In this document: positions 9,687 to 22,800 of the stretch, in pieces
Layout of the letters: each line of letters begins with the position of its first letter
How positions within the stretch are numbered: position 1 is the first letter of the stretch
From: Veleropilina oligotropha
Taxonomy: Eukaryota
Reading direction: 5' to 3'
NCBI GenBank assembly: GCA_048128005.1
Contig: JBEUKZ010000032.1
Location: forward strand, 124,001 to 188,000
Length of the DNA: 64,000 nt
Position numbers and translations under genes: made by a program
Notes under the pieces: generated by a model
Told to the model about the DNA's origin: nothing
Databases searched by the model: none
What the model saw: the letters and a program-made list of their open reading frames with translations, nothing else

Positions 9687-12677
9687 AATATATCTTACCG
9701 ACAACCTTTTTTTACACTTTAACCCGTCACATTCCTGTGGTGTAGTCTGCGCGAACCGTTTTTTGGCAGCCATATTGTTTATTGATTTGTAAGCCACAGG
9801 GGGTGATAACTCTATACCGATCCTATATGGAGGTGAAGCAACCCCATATGGATTATACAGGGTCGACACGTGATCGGTCTAACCCAATCACTATCATAGG
9901 TTAACAATTTGTGAAAATCTAATGCAACAAACCATTTCTGAGACTAACTTTCTTTACTTCATTAGTGAGTTAAATTAAAGATTTTTCCCACCTCGAAACA
10001 TTTTACGGGGAATATTTATATGCGCTCGTCCGTCAGCCCGTGCAAATTATCTTTTCCGACACGCATCTCATAAACCGCTCAACTTATCGTTATGAAATTT
10101 GGTGGGTGTATTAAGCAGTTGGTGAACTGGTACCGTGGCTAATTTTTATGTCGTACGGTCATTATTGACAGTTATTGTCCTTGGTATTATTTAAAGCAAG
10201 GAATTTCAAACCCAATTTGTTAAAATTTAATGCAAGGAAACTTTTTTCAAACCAACTTTCTTTTCTTCATTAATGAACAAGACAAGGCTATCGATATCCC
10301 CCGCAATGGTACATTCACAATTACTAGGCCTGTATACTTTATTTTCATGGAGTAAGCGTATGCTGCAGTTTAAATAGCAAGACGGGCAGTAACTCTAAAT
10401 AGACGCACATTAAAATTAGCAATGGTACCAGTTCACCAACTGATTAAAACAACGAAATTTCTAAAAGATATGTTGAGCGGTTTACGAGATGCTCCCAGGA
10501 AGATAATTCGCACGGGCGGAAGGACGCGCGCACGCACCGAAGGTTTGCATTTTAATATTCCCTGCAAATGTTTTTTCGCAGAAATTCTTTCATTATTTAA
10601 TTAATGGAGGAAAGAAGGTTCGCGACTCAGAAATCTTTTCTTGCATTCAATTTTCGCACATTGTTAACCTAGTGAAATTATGTAAAAGTGGGGTGCGCGT
10701 TACTTTTTTGGTAGAATATATATATATATATATATATACATACATGATACACTCGATGCAAAACTAATCAAATTGTTTATGGACGACGGATGGACTACAG
10801 ACGGACGTGCGGACGGTTATGGTAACACTAATATCCCACGTTACCTTCGGGCGGGGATAAAAATAAGATATTGAAAATAATTACATGCGTTTTATTTAGC
10901 GATTGTACGCTCAATAGGGATATAAATATACATAGGCCTACCTCTATTGTCGTTCCGCAATCCGGACAGATATTCCTGGAAAAAAGAAAATTATTACTAA
11001 CGAGCTCAGCTACATTACAATCGGAGGCAATGGTTGGCAGCAACATGTTTTTCGACCATGCACCTTGAGTAATTTTTCAGCTGTATCGTAGTCGGAACAC
11101 CCGGTTTAATGTATCGCTCCGATCTGACAGACATTCATTAGGGATCTGCATTCTATTTTAAGCGATAGAAAGGACCGCCGCTGGTATAGAGCCTGGGACC
11201 AGGTAACAGCGTCGGTTGAGAGCATGTCGCGCTAACCACTCACCCGCCGATGCCGTTTCAATCCGAGGCAAATACCTCAGGCCGATATATGTCCATATAA
11301 AATAAGGGTCATTTCGCTACACGTTTAACAATCGTTCTTTAGTTATTCCGTTGCGGAATAACGATTAGTGTTGTTTCGTCTTGTCCCTTTGTTTTAAAAA
11401 ACGGGGGGGGGGGGACGCTAATAATGTATACAAAATAGGTCTCTGGTCTGGACTAAAGGATCTCAAATGTTGAGGAGTTTTACAAATAGGTATAGTCTCG
11501 ACCGAAAAAGCGTGCGCGCCGGTCATTTCCATCGCCGAAGACCCGTGAAAGTGCTCCTTTAATCATTCAACAATATTCAAAATGATAAAATATTTATCTA
11601 ACGATTATTAAAAATCGAATTTCATGAAGAACGCGATAAATTTGGCGATATATTTTCACAACTTTTCATGAAAATATATAAAGCTCATCAATTATTGTAT
11701 ACTTTACTTACCCGAACGCTGAAGGATCGTGTTGGAGCGACCAGCAACGGTAAGATCAACACGAGAAGGAGCGACTTCATCTTTTTAGTAAGTTTTTGTC
11801 AAATGCCGAACAGTACAACTGAAATGGAAGCAGAACATTTCTGTTAAATATAGACAGAAGGCAACTGCATCACGGATTTCACGGGACAAATCATGGCGTT
11901 CAATTTCAACTGCGCTGCTAATCGTTTCCATAATTTACATAACAATGCAAGAAGCTTATTATAAAATTGTATACTAACAAGAGGCCCAAACCACTCGTGA
12001 TCATATACATTGTAAACAGTAGTCCTCTGTATGTCAACATTGTAGAAAATAAGCAAATAATATATGTCAAGCGTTTTATCAAAAACATTATTATAGGTCT
12101 ACTGTGAATGATGTAAAACTGGATAACATGGTGGCCGCTTCGACAGCCGTGTGTGCTCGGTGGCAGACTCCGAATAATCACTAGCTGGATTCCAATGATG
12201 ACGCGAACAGTAGTGGGTTCAAACCTCGGCATGGACACATACATACATACACACACATATATATATATATATAATGCAATATTCAATAATACAACACATA
12301 TAATAATAACAATTTGAGCTGGAGTAACTCGCTCTTTGTGCCTTTGTATTACAACATGCATATGAGAGAAGCATTTCGCGAATTGAGATGTTCTATTTTA
12401 GCTATAATTAGAAGGCAAAGGATCCAAGACGACGGCCAATATATATGGTTAATGAGCAAAATATGGTTTGCTTTAGGTCGATACGTAATGTCTTTTTTTT
12501 AATAGTCTTCGGGTTCATATCAGGACTGTCCATATTGTCTCGGGAGGAAAGCCCGGTTGTCAAGGAAAGACTCACCGCCAGTTATGGACCGACAACTGTG
12601 ACTGTTAACTGAACAAATAGTTCATAATTTGACTCTACTCCTGTTAGACAAAGCTATCATGCGACTGCGAGTGAATT

Positions 12678-15600
12678 CAGGGTTCCCCCAGGTTGGGAAA
12701 TCTCATTTTCCGTAGCTTTTCCTTAACTTTTCCATAACCCAGATATAAATTTTCCATAGCTCTAAATTACAAACACATGCCGGTATAGATAGCTTCACCG
12801 AAGTCTTATAGCTTGATAGATAGATGGACGATCTGCTCACAGTCAGCATTAAACAATAAAAAGATAACGATTAGTTATAATAATATAATTTTAATCTTGC
12901 ATTTCATTCACATCACAAATCATAGTTTATTATAATGAATAAAGATAAAATGTTTGAGCGCACTCTCCATTTAATGTATACCATAAAGTTCTCTTTCAGC
13001 AGTCACAAATTAGTTAAATGCTTTTTTCTTTTTGTTTAATTCGAGCGTCACCTTTTCAAGCTCACTTTTTTTGTCTCTCATACTTTTTCGATAGCAGTTG
13101 AATTTCAGAATCCAATCACGTGGCTTATATGATTTCTCAGCCTCGTCTGCTGCATTGTCGGATTCTTTCTGCAAGTGTTCAATATCACAATGCAGCCGTT
13201 TGCATGCACTTTTCAAATCCGTTAATTTGTCCGGTCGCTTCCTTTTTCTGCTTTCATTATATTTCAGATATTCTTCATATCTTATTCTGGCCGACTTGCA
13301 GCTGACTATCAGTTCATTAGTGATGGTAATGTTCAATGGCCCACCAGCATCTCGCACAGTGTCAATCAGCAACGCTACGATTGATATGTGCACTCTTTCT
13401 TGTTTTCAACAGTGATTTGCTTGTTGACAGAGAAGCCACGCTCGATTGTAGCCTGACCATGAGACAAAACTAGCACTAGTTTCATCACAGCGTAGAGATC
13501 ATCATACACACTTTCTCTAGATAACCAGCCTTTTGGGAAATCATCAAGCCTTGTGTCTTTTGTTTTGAAATCCAAGAATGCGACATGTTGCCTGGAAACT
13601 ATACGGTCAAGGAGGAATCTGTATTGTTTAATGACAACATCACATTTGCTTTCAGCAACCCGCCCAAGGGAGACAAAGTTTGTGAGAAGTGCCTTCAACT
13701 TTTTACTGCTGTCTTCAGGGTGGGATGCCATTCTCACTGGATTTAAACAGCAAGCAGCTCGTACAATACTGGATTTAATTGGAGATTTCGCAATCATTTT
13801 CACCACAAGAGTCGAAAGACACTTTTTAGCATGAACTCTAAAATCCAGATTGTGCCTGTCGTTGATTTTACGTTTCACCAGAAGCTCTTTCAATTTTCTT
13901 TCTGCAGAAAATCCGATATCCACTTTCGAATAGTCCAGAAGATCACTATCCTTCAACTCATAGTTGGACATTTTGGTTACAATAGCAGTTGCAGTTTTAT
14001 ATACATCTGGCTTCAGCACTTTGATCATCTCATTTCTTAGCATTGTCTCCCAGTCAGAGACCATGAACGGTACCATGGGAGCATCTGTTTGATATTTAAT
14101 CAGATACCAGTTGATGCAATTTGCAACAAAGACAAAGAAGTCAAACTTAGCAGGAAGCAGCCAATCTGCACAACAGGCCTTGATGGTCGAGAATGTTTGA
14201 CACTTTGGAGTAGTGTACTTTCTATTGATTTCCACTAACTTCACGAATTTTGCGACTTGTGGTATTTTCTATCCATCTGTGAACGCAGAATTTCATTGGA
14301 AACATCGAATTTTCAGTTATTGCAATGAAATCATCACGGCGAGCTGGAGAATCTTTAAAAATTCGGTAAAACGTCTTGAAACAGTTATCCAGTTCCCAGT
14401 TATTGCACTGAATACATTTTTGAATGCATTGTGTAAAATATGTAGACCACATGTACCAATGTCCACAAGCTTGTTGTCAGTAGCATCAGCTAGAACACCA
14501 GCACAGAAGTCTTTGTAAAATTTCAAGTTCACATTTGGGCCGTCCATTGCAATCTGCACAAGATTGGCCAGGTTGAAACTACCACAACTGGAATGTAAGT
14601 GTGACACGCAGTCTAAAGCAGTACCATGTCCCATGAATATTGAATCCAAATAACGCGTTTGTGTGATGTCATTTTCAATGAATCGTACATGCACATCCAT
14701 CTGTTTCAACTGCAATCTGTTGTTTAACTATTCATCAAATAGTAAGACAAAACTGTCAACACCTCTTAATTGTCTTGCAGTTTTGATCTGAAATATGGCG
14801 CTATGCCATAATTCACAAGATATGATGATTTCGTTTCTCCGCATGCGTAAGTACGTACAATGTCACTATCGGGGAACATTGTCCTGAACAGCGAAGCCGA
14901 ATTCTCCAAACTCCGGTATGAATGATGAGCGTTAACACTATACAATGTATGAAGAATCTCTGCTCGCCAAGTCTCACCATTTCGGCTCTGAATTGTCTGA
15001 AAACAAAAACAAAATTACATGTACAGTACTGTATATACGTTATATAAATGCATCACAAAAGCTCAAGAGACAGCAGACAAATAGTTATTAGTTGTCTAAA
15101 TAATTATTACCAAGAACCCATTAGAACACCGATTCATCCCCCGCCTTTCGCAATATCTATGGTGTAATCTTAACCAAAATGTCCCACAATATCAAGTTCA
15201 TGCATTATTTAATTAGTCATTTTTACTGATACAGTAGAAAATACATTATTACTGATAGAATACTAGAGAACTGACTTGATCATAACCTTTAATTTTTCTG
15301 ACAAATGCCAACCATACGAGCTACTTACTTGTTGATTTGGTGTATTTGCATCATAATTAACTGATGGACTGCTTGAAGAAGAGTCGGGTGTCGTTGATCT
15401 AAAGAATCCACTAATGCTAGGTGTTGACGAAACAGCTGTTCGCCTTTTATCAATCAAAAGGGACAATGTTTTTGGCCTCTCATGTGACTTAATTCTCACA
15501 GCTTTTCACACATGTTGCCAATATCAAATGTTTTGGAACAGACAGAACAAAGTGCCGAATGGCAGTCATTTGCAACGCGGAAAAGCCAGTCTGAAAATTC

Positions 15601-16233
15601 TTCCATTTCTGTCGATCCATTGTTGAATATACATTTTCCAGGCATTGTGACATGATACTATCACGTTGCTAGTAAGACTTAGACTGATCTCCATTTAAAT
15701 TCTACATACTTGTATACATGTACTGTAGTGTAAGCATTGACCAATTAATCCCCATTAATTATTAAGGTTGCACACAATGGTGAATCAACATAGTCCTCTA
15801 ACTTATTTAAGGATGAAAAGTAGTTTATCTGAACAAATCACGCTCATTTATTAAATAAACATCTATCAAAGCAGTTTTCCAGGTGTCTATTAAAGGCATT
15901 CTTAATTGCTCACATCCATGCTGGGCCTGATGATGAACAAAGGCAATGAGTAATTTGTGGCAATCAGAATATATAAAGCAGGTCTTTGATAGAAAATTAG
16001 TGGGGAAAATATCCAAGCTGGACCTCATGGGGATCAATCGCCATGTGCAATTAAAGGCAGTTGGTCAATGATGGAATATTCAATTCAGAATTTATTTTTA
16101 AAGCACATGCTGATATCATTTCCATAGCTTTTCCATAGCATTGAGATGAAATCTTAATTTTATATAGCTTTTCCAGGTCCTGGAAAAAGAATTTCTATTT
16201 TCCATAGCTTTTCCATAACCCGTGGGAACCCTG
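12678..16233 (-). mobile_element. Full-length hAT-like DNA transposon, TIR CAGGGTTCCC, 6-bp TSD TGAATT
   Basis: TGAATT|CAGGGTTCCC...GGGAACCCTG|TGAATT. Subterminal TTTTCCATAGC repeats at both ends; internal transposase. Confidence 0.9.
13010..15645 (-). pseudogene. hAT-family transposase, frameshifted, with a probable intron at 15328-14997
   Basis: MPGKCIFN start; QMDVHVRF, MDGPNVN and CGLHILHNAFK motifs; hAT dimerisation motif LSHGQATIERGFSVNK; several frame breaks. Confidence 0.85.
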
Positions 16234-16239
16234 TGAATT

Positions 16240-17460
16240 CCTCTTCTTCTTTGAATTAGGTTGTCAACGCCATCAGGTTGGCGATACAGCTGCCCTTTTT
16301 TCTATCTTTTTTATTTTCTACTGTGTACTGGCCATCCTGGCTTGAAAGGCAGCCAAGGACGACGCGAACACAACATCATCAGGTACCGCACATGGTTGCC
16401 CTTGCGGATGATACGAGGAAGAGCCTCGTTGCCGGTAGGTGGTGTTCGACGCTGGGATGCCGTAGCAATTAGCATGGCTTGTTCCAGAGCGACGTCTAAG
16501 TTAATTTGGAAGGCGATGGGCGATGCTTTTAGTGATTGTGGTCAAACCGTTGTGGTATATGTAAAATGCGGCTAGCCTGGCCCTCTTCCTTCTAGTAGCC
16601 AGGGAGGGCCATCCAGTATATTGTAGCTTCGTTTCAACATTAGACGTCTTTCGGAAGCGGTGGGCGTCACATCGCGCTGCTCGACGCTTCACCTTTTCGA
16701 TTGCTTCCACTGCGTATGGGTCCCGCACATGACTTGCATATTCGAAGGTCAGTTTTGTAAGCAAATCGTTAATGAACAGTAGAAAGAGTAGCGGTCACAG
16801 CACAGACCTCTGTGACACACCGATTCCACTGTAATGAGATCTGATCTTACACCGTAGGCGACCAATGTCTGTCTGTCTGACCGTGGTGAAATTTTTAATC
16901 CAGGCATTGATTTTGACGCCGATGCCGTTACGACAGAGCTTGTGGATGAGGAGACTGTGGCTCACTTTATCGAATGCCTTGGAGAAGTCTACGACAATCG
17001 GGTCCTCTTGGTTTCCATGCTCCAACATCTTAGTTATTTTTGACCCACGAGGTCTATGAGTCGAGTTTCACATGAGTGGCCGCGTCATAAGCCATGTTGC
17101 TGAGGGCAATGATGTTTCCTCGACTACAGTGTCCCATTATCGTGCTGACGATGATATGTTCGAGAATTTTACATGGGAAGTTGGTAAGCGATATAGGTTG
17201 GCAGTTCTCTGCCTTTTATCGCTCACCTTTCTTGAACACTTGACTCATTTTGGCTGTTTTCCGCTCGGGCAGAAACGTCTGATAGATGAGGGTGAGCGAC
17301 AGGGCTATTTCTTTTGCCACTTCTTTGAGGATTCGAGGAGAGATGCCATCTGGATCGCTTGCTTTGGATGGATCATGGTTTTGCAGTCGTTTATCAATCA
17401 TCTTGGAGCATGGCACAATTCGTTCCTTTTGACGTATCCTTGACGGCTGGATATGGGGTT
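16240..17460 (-). mobile_element. Degenerate non-LTR retrotransposon (RT and 3' end; RTE-X/CR1-like)
   Basis: KASDPDGISPRILKE, VDFSKAFDKVSH and IEKVKRRAAR fragments; GAAGAAGAG-like 3' tail. Confidence 0.75.
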
Positions 17461-18062
17461 AAGCATAGACAATCGAGTGATCCGAGATGCCAGGGGCTGT
17501 CCCTAAACGTGGAAACAAGTTGGGCTGGTTAACCAAAACGTCTAAGTTAACCCCAAAATCCTGCAATTTCTAATGGACTACATTACATTCTGTGTTCAGT
17601 TATCAATCGCCGTTGTCTGCAACTGGCCGGTTTCCCCAGGTAACGGAGTTTTCGTTTCGCAATAATATGAGCGTATGAGCCTCAAGGATGTAAATATACA
17701 GGATGTTAAGCATTGATCCAATCACATTCAGCTTGTGGCAGCGTAGTGCATTCACTGAGTGATAGTCCACACCAAGAGTGAAAGCCATCCCTAAAAATAT
17801 CTGACAGGTACAGCGTTGTGGGGGAACAAATACCCTTTTATACATCGATTCTGTTGAGATTACATTCTTCGACGTACTTTCCAGTGCATAGACTGTTGTA
17901 TGGTATGCAGTCCATCAGCATGCAATATCCGGTGGGAAGACTGGATTTCTATGGCATTCTCGTAAAAGTCGCGGTCCAGAGAGGTGACCGTTTTAATATC
18001 TGATCCCATGACAACAGCTAAAATGTTTTGTGCCATTACCAAAGTGTACAAAGTAGCACCAA

Positions 18063-18297
18063 GGCCGCTTCGGCAGCGCAGTGGGTAGAGTGGCCACTCT
18101 AAATTCACTGGCTTGATTCTGCTAATGCGAACAGTAGTTGGTTCAATACCTGACTGAGACATTGACATTTGTTCAAGCTATGAATCACAGTTGTCTGCGA
18201 CTGGCCGAAGAGGGCGGGTTTACCCGGGCGACCGGGGTTTCCTCCTCCTGCCTTGAACCTCGATGTTGTAAATATACAGGACATTAAGCATCATTCC
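18063..18297 (+). mobile_element. tRNA-derived SINE (related copies near 12135, 12520, 17590, 20580, 20710, 23400, 61690, 63130)
   Basis: A-box-like GGCAGCGCAGTGG and B-box-like GGTTCAATACC. The shared body (...cacagttgtctg..actggc...gggtttcc...gtaaatatacaggacattaagc) recurs across the window. Confidence 0.65.
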
Positions 18298-19851
18298 TCC
18301 CTCCCTCCACAGAATAGCGCCACGGCTTCGCTATTAGTTTTAAATGACCCGACATCCTTTATTTGCATGAGTAGAGGAGTAGGCATAACGTGTGTTTTTG
18401 ATGCATGGTCTATTTGTTCTGGTGTGGTTGTAGGAATCGGTCTATCTCTCCTCAGTTTCTGGGATCTGCATGTTTGGTTTTAAACCACTGTTTCTGATGT
18501 CAATCGTTCTCATGGTTTTAGTTCAATGGCAAGCTGCTGGTGGTACACAAATTTTCTGTCTTGCAGGTATATTACTTCATCCGAAATTACCCTAATTGAT
18601 GAATGTAGTATTCATTATCCTTCGTTTTCCGACAGCTCTTTCTTCCAGTTCCAGAGCAGATTTGCGCGGATTTTTCTGTGGGCAGGGCAGTTGGCTTTTG
18701 CTGTGAACACATAGCGAAAGACCAGCTGGGAGTGGAGTGTCGATGTTTGTAACAAAACATCTGATTTGAGCATATGTTCGTCCTGCATGTTCGTTTTTGT
18801 ATTTTTATACAGGTATTTGTGATAAAATTCTGATAATTTTGGTCATAGTAATGACAATAGTTCATTGAACATCGCAGTCTCCATCCATGATACATTTTCG
18901 ACAGATCTCTTTCTGTCCTGATAATATGGACATATCCTTGTATGAACGCAAATGATTGGTACATCAAGCATTGATCCAAACTTTGGGCAAGGAATAAGCA
19001 TATACAGTATATGCCTTGGGTCACTCGACCAATCAAAGTTGGTACCTGTTTGGCCACCCAGTTGCAGCTTGACTGCAATACTCTCAGAGAGCCGAGATGA
19101 TTCCAGATTAGAACAGGTAAGTTATTGTGAGGTCGTGTGATCGCCTGTACAAGCAAGACTATAAACCTCTTGCTCCTTTACCTTTCAACAACTTTGGTAA
19201 CTGAAGCTCTGATGGACAAAGGCATTGAGTATCGAAGAAATTAATCCATACTCTATTGTAATTGGCAGAACAGTAAACAATACTTAGTTTTTAACACAAA
19301 TTGTAACAACGACGCTCATTCATGATAAACTAGAATTGTCAGACAGTTTGCAAAATACGTATAACCCATTGTCGATATAAGCCTTAACAAATTTTCAGTT
19401 GAATTGTAGTCGGGAATACGCTATAAAGTCTCCATCATATTAGATAGTTTTTGTCCACCATAACAATCCAATTTCGATCAAAATGAATAATGGACTGTTG
19501 GTTGCCCAATAATATGTATTTGTTATAGTTTGATATATTGGCAACTTGAGATTTCATATCGAATCTTCACACAAAATGCTGTTTCACTCTCGAAAAAGTG
19601 ACAATTCAATTTATGATAACAAAACGTGCTGCGCGCTATGAACAATCTTCGCACAATTAGTGATACACGTATATGATAACCCTGTTGTGAAAAAATCAAT
19701 GATTTCCCATATCATGCTGAACTATATGTAAGTAACAAAACCATTTTCAGTTGGCAGTTGTTAAATCAACAGCATTTAGTATTAAAATCCACAAAGAAAT
19801 ATACACAAAATTGATCTCTTCTATCTCCACAATTAATTTATTTAACAACTC

Positions 19852-22800
19852 CTAAAATGTTAATTTGTACATAGAGGGCGTTGGTGGCTTGGGCTTATCG
19901 TAGACCCTCACTGGAGGTAGCGGCCGGATTTTGCGCCCATTATATCCGGTCTTCCGGTGCCATAATCCGCTCCGCTGCTTGATCCCAAGCCACCGCATCC
20001 GGTTGGGGCTTCCGATATGCTTTTTACCGTGGCCAACATTGGAGACACGACCGACAGTCACCATACAGTTGTGGGACACCTCGATTTCGTGCTTCGACGG
20101 CAAGCGAACAATACATCGATCCCCGATTTTTCTAACCAACTGACAACACGTGCCTGCAGCTCTTGCTTTCTTTCCACCCTCTTCTGGGAATACCTCGACA
20201 TTGTGGACCAGCGTTCCTACTGCCAGAGCCCCAAGGGGATGAGCGTCGCCTTCTTTAGCCTTAACTGAAACGAAACCCATACAGAAAAATAAAATAAAAT
20301 ACAATGTTTGGTTTGGTATAGATCTAAGCTTAATGTTCCATTAATATCGACATTCCGGTTTATACCAGGGTTCCATTAATATCAACATTCCGGTTTATAC
20401 CAGGGTTCCATTAATATCAACATTCCGGTTTATACCAGGGTTCCATTAATATCAACATTCCGGTTTATACCAGGGTTCCATTAATATCGACATTCCGGTA
20501 TATACCAGGGTTCCATTAATATCGACATTCCGGTTTATACCAGGGTTCCATTAATATCAACATTCCGGTTTATACCAGGGCATATCCATATTATCGTGGG
20601 AGGAAAGTCAGTCGACGGAGAATAGCTGCCATCGCCGCCCAATGACAACAGTGGATGTTAACTGAACAAAGTGTCTAGTCATGGATTCAAACACACTCCT
20701 GTTTCATAATAGGCCGCTTCATGTGGTATGATCGTATCGGTTGTGGTCTCTGAAAATCACTGACTTGTTTCCACCGACGCGAACAGTAGTCACTAGTGGG
20801 TTCAAACCTCAGCAGGGACATCACACATTTGTTCAATTTATGAATCAATTGTCTGTAACTGGTCGGAGAGGGCGGGTTTCTCCGGGCGACCGGGCTTTCC
20901 TCCCGCGATAATATGGACATGTCCTGCTTTGAACCATGATGGTTGGAAATATGCAGGACATTAAGCATCGATCGTTTCTCTTTCCCTTTTCCTGCTTTAC
21001 AAAGCAGTTAAGTCAGTGAATGGAGAGCCCATGCCATTCTCGGCACTGCGACCAAGTGCCAGAATGAACATAGACCTAGTTTTAAACTAAGCAAGGCGTT
21101 CATATAAAACAATAGTACTAATAAAACTTATTACACATCTCAAAATTTGGATCATTAACATTGATGACCTTTAAATCTTGTTAACACTCACCAACCATCC
21201 TAGGTATTTCTGACGATGTTTTAATGATGTCACCTGCTTTCATGTTCTCTGATGCTAATATATATCGTTTGTGTTCTTTACTAGCTACAATGGCGATATG
21301 TGACGACCGGCAGGGATCGTAGCGAACACAGACAACTTTCTCCAGCAATGTCTCTCCTTGCGGTGCCACGCGTTTGTAATCCACTCGCCGCCATCTTTTT
21401 CTGGCTCCCCCCGCCCTTCTGTGATTCCATTTTTGACCTGTACAAGATGCAACATATAAAACACATGGCAGATAAAGCAGAAGTGTGTAGCTCTATCAGC
21501 AAAAAGAGACTGCAATATTTTGTCATAGCAAATACAGACAAGAGCCCGTAAGAAAACGGATTCATCCCCCGCCTCGCGCAATCACTCTGATATAAATTTT
21601 AACAAAAATTTCTATGTCCAAACACATCAAGTTTCTTCAATATTTATACAAAATAATATTCAATATCATTGCTAGAGTAAAAGGTGGTATCAATATAAGC
21701 ATCATCAAAGAATATGTATGCAATACTGGAACAGAATGAAAATTCACTCAACTTTAACAAAAATTTCTATGTCCACAAACACTAATTTCACATGTTATTT
21801 ATATTATAAATCACTTGTAGATGAGGGAGCAGCATCAATAAAGTCAATACTAAAGTATATGGATGTAAAACAGTACCTTAGAACAACCCATATGCCCATT
21901 GAAAATTTAAACAAAACTAACCAAAATTTTGATGTCCACAAACACCTATTATTATGCAATAATTATACTAAATTTAAATCAGCATCACTTCCATAGTATC
22001 AGTTGACATTCATATTATCAATACCAAAGCATACATACACAAAAATGTTGTTTCAACAACACATATACACTCAATGAGAAGCTTTTAACCAGAAACTTTA
22101 ACCAAATTTATATGTCCACAAACACCTATTTTTATGCTATAATTATATTAAATTTAATTCAGCATCACTTCCCTAGTATCAGTTGACATTCATATTATCA
22201 ATACCAAAGCATATCTACACCAAAATGTTGTTTCAACAAAACATATACACTCAATGAAAAACTTTAACCAGAAACTTAAACCAAAATTTCTATGTTCAAA
22301 AACACCGACATTTAAGAAATAAATATATTAAATTTTATTCAATCTCACTTCCAGAGTACCAGGTGTCATCCATATAATGCCTACAAAAGCATATATGTAT
22401 GCCAAAAGGTATCATGGGCAAGCTATATACACTCAATTCAAAACTTTAACCAAATTGTTTACGGACGGACATGGCAACAACAATATCCCCCGCTACCCTT
22501 CGGGGGATAAAAATGGTTCAACACACTTCACGATCATATCTGGATATGATCATATTATTGTGAGAGTAAAGCATGACCGCACGTTTCTGTTAAACAGATA
22601 TTTCAAGCGAGTGAATTTAATTTGGTGGCACACGTCTTTGCATTCGATCTTGTGGTGGTGGTGGTCTTGACAGTGGTGTTAGAGAGATGCGTTTCAAACC
22701 ATATTCTTTACAGGCACTGAGAGAAGGTTACATTGTATATATTCCTACATTTTTTTCATCAGATGTTTTATCAATTGGGTGAACTAGCAATGATATGATG

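Larger units (their letters stand above)
7720..11780 (-). pseudogene. EF-hand (sarcoplasmic Ca-binding protein-like) gene; signal-peptide exon 11780-11712, main exon 8213-7720 with in-frame TAG at 8040-8038
   Basis: EF loops DVNKDGVWTLID and DINDDGYISKEE. Exon 1 MKSLLLVLILPLLVAPTRSFSVR|GTAAGT; acceptor TTCTAG at 8214. Splice phases differ, so a middle exon is probably needed and the exon link is inferred. Confidence 0.6.

Noticed and set aside
18063..18150. tRNA-like A/B boxes
   Set aside because: No cloverleaf; they are the head of a dispersed SINE.
18300..19230. Decayed coding-like segment (ORF 18587..19156)
   Set aside because: Possibly an old transposon or gene fragment, but I could not recognise a motif.
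20336..20580. 35-bp repeats resembling a CRISPR array
   Set aside because: The units are contiguous with no spacers, there are no cas genes, and the context is a eukaryotic intron.
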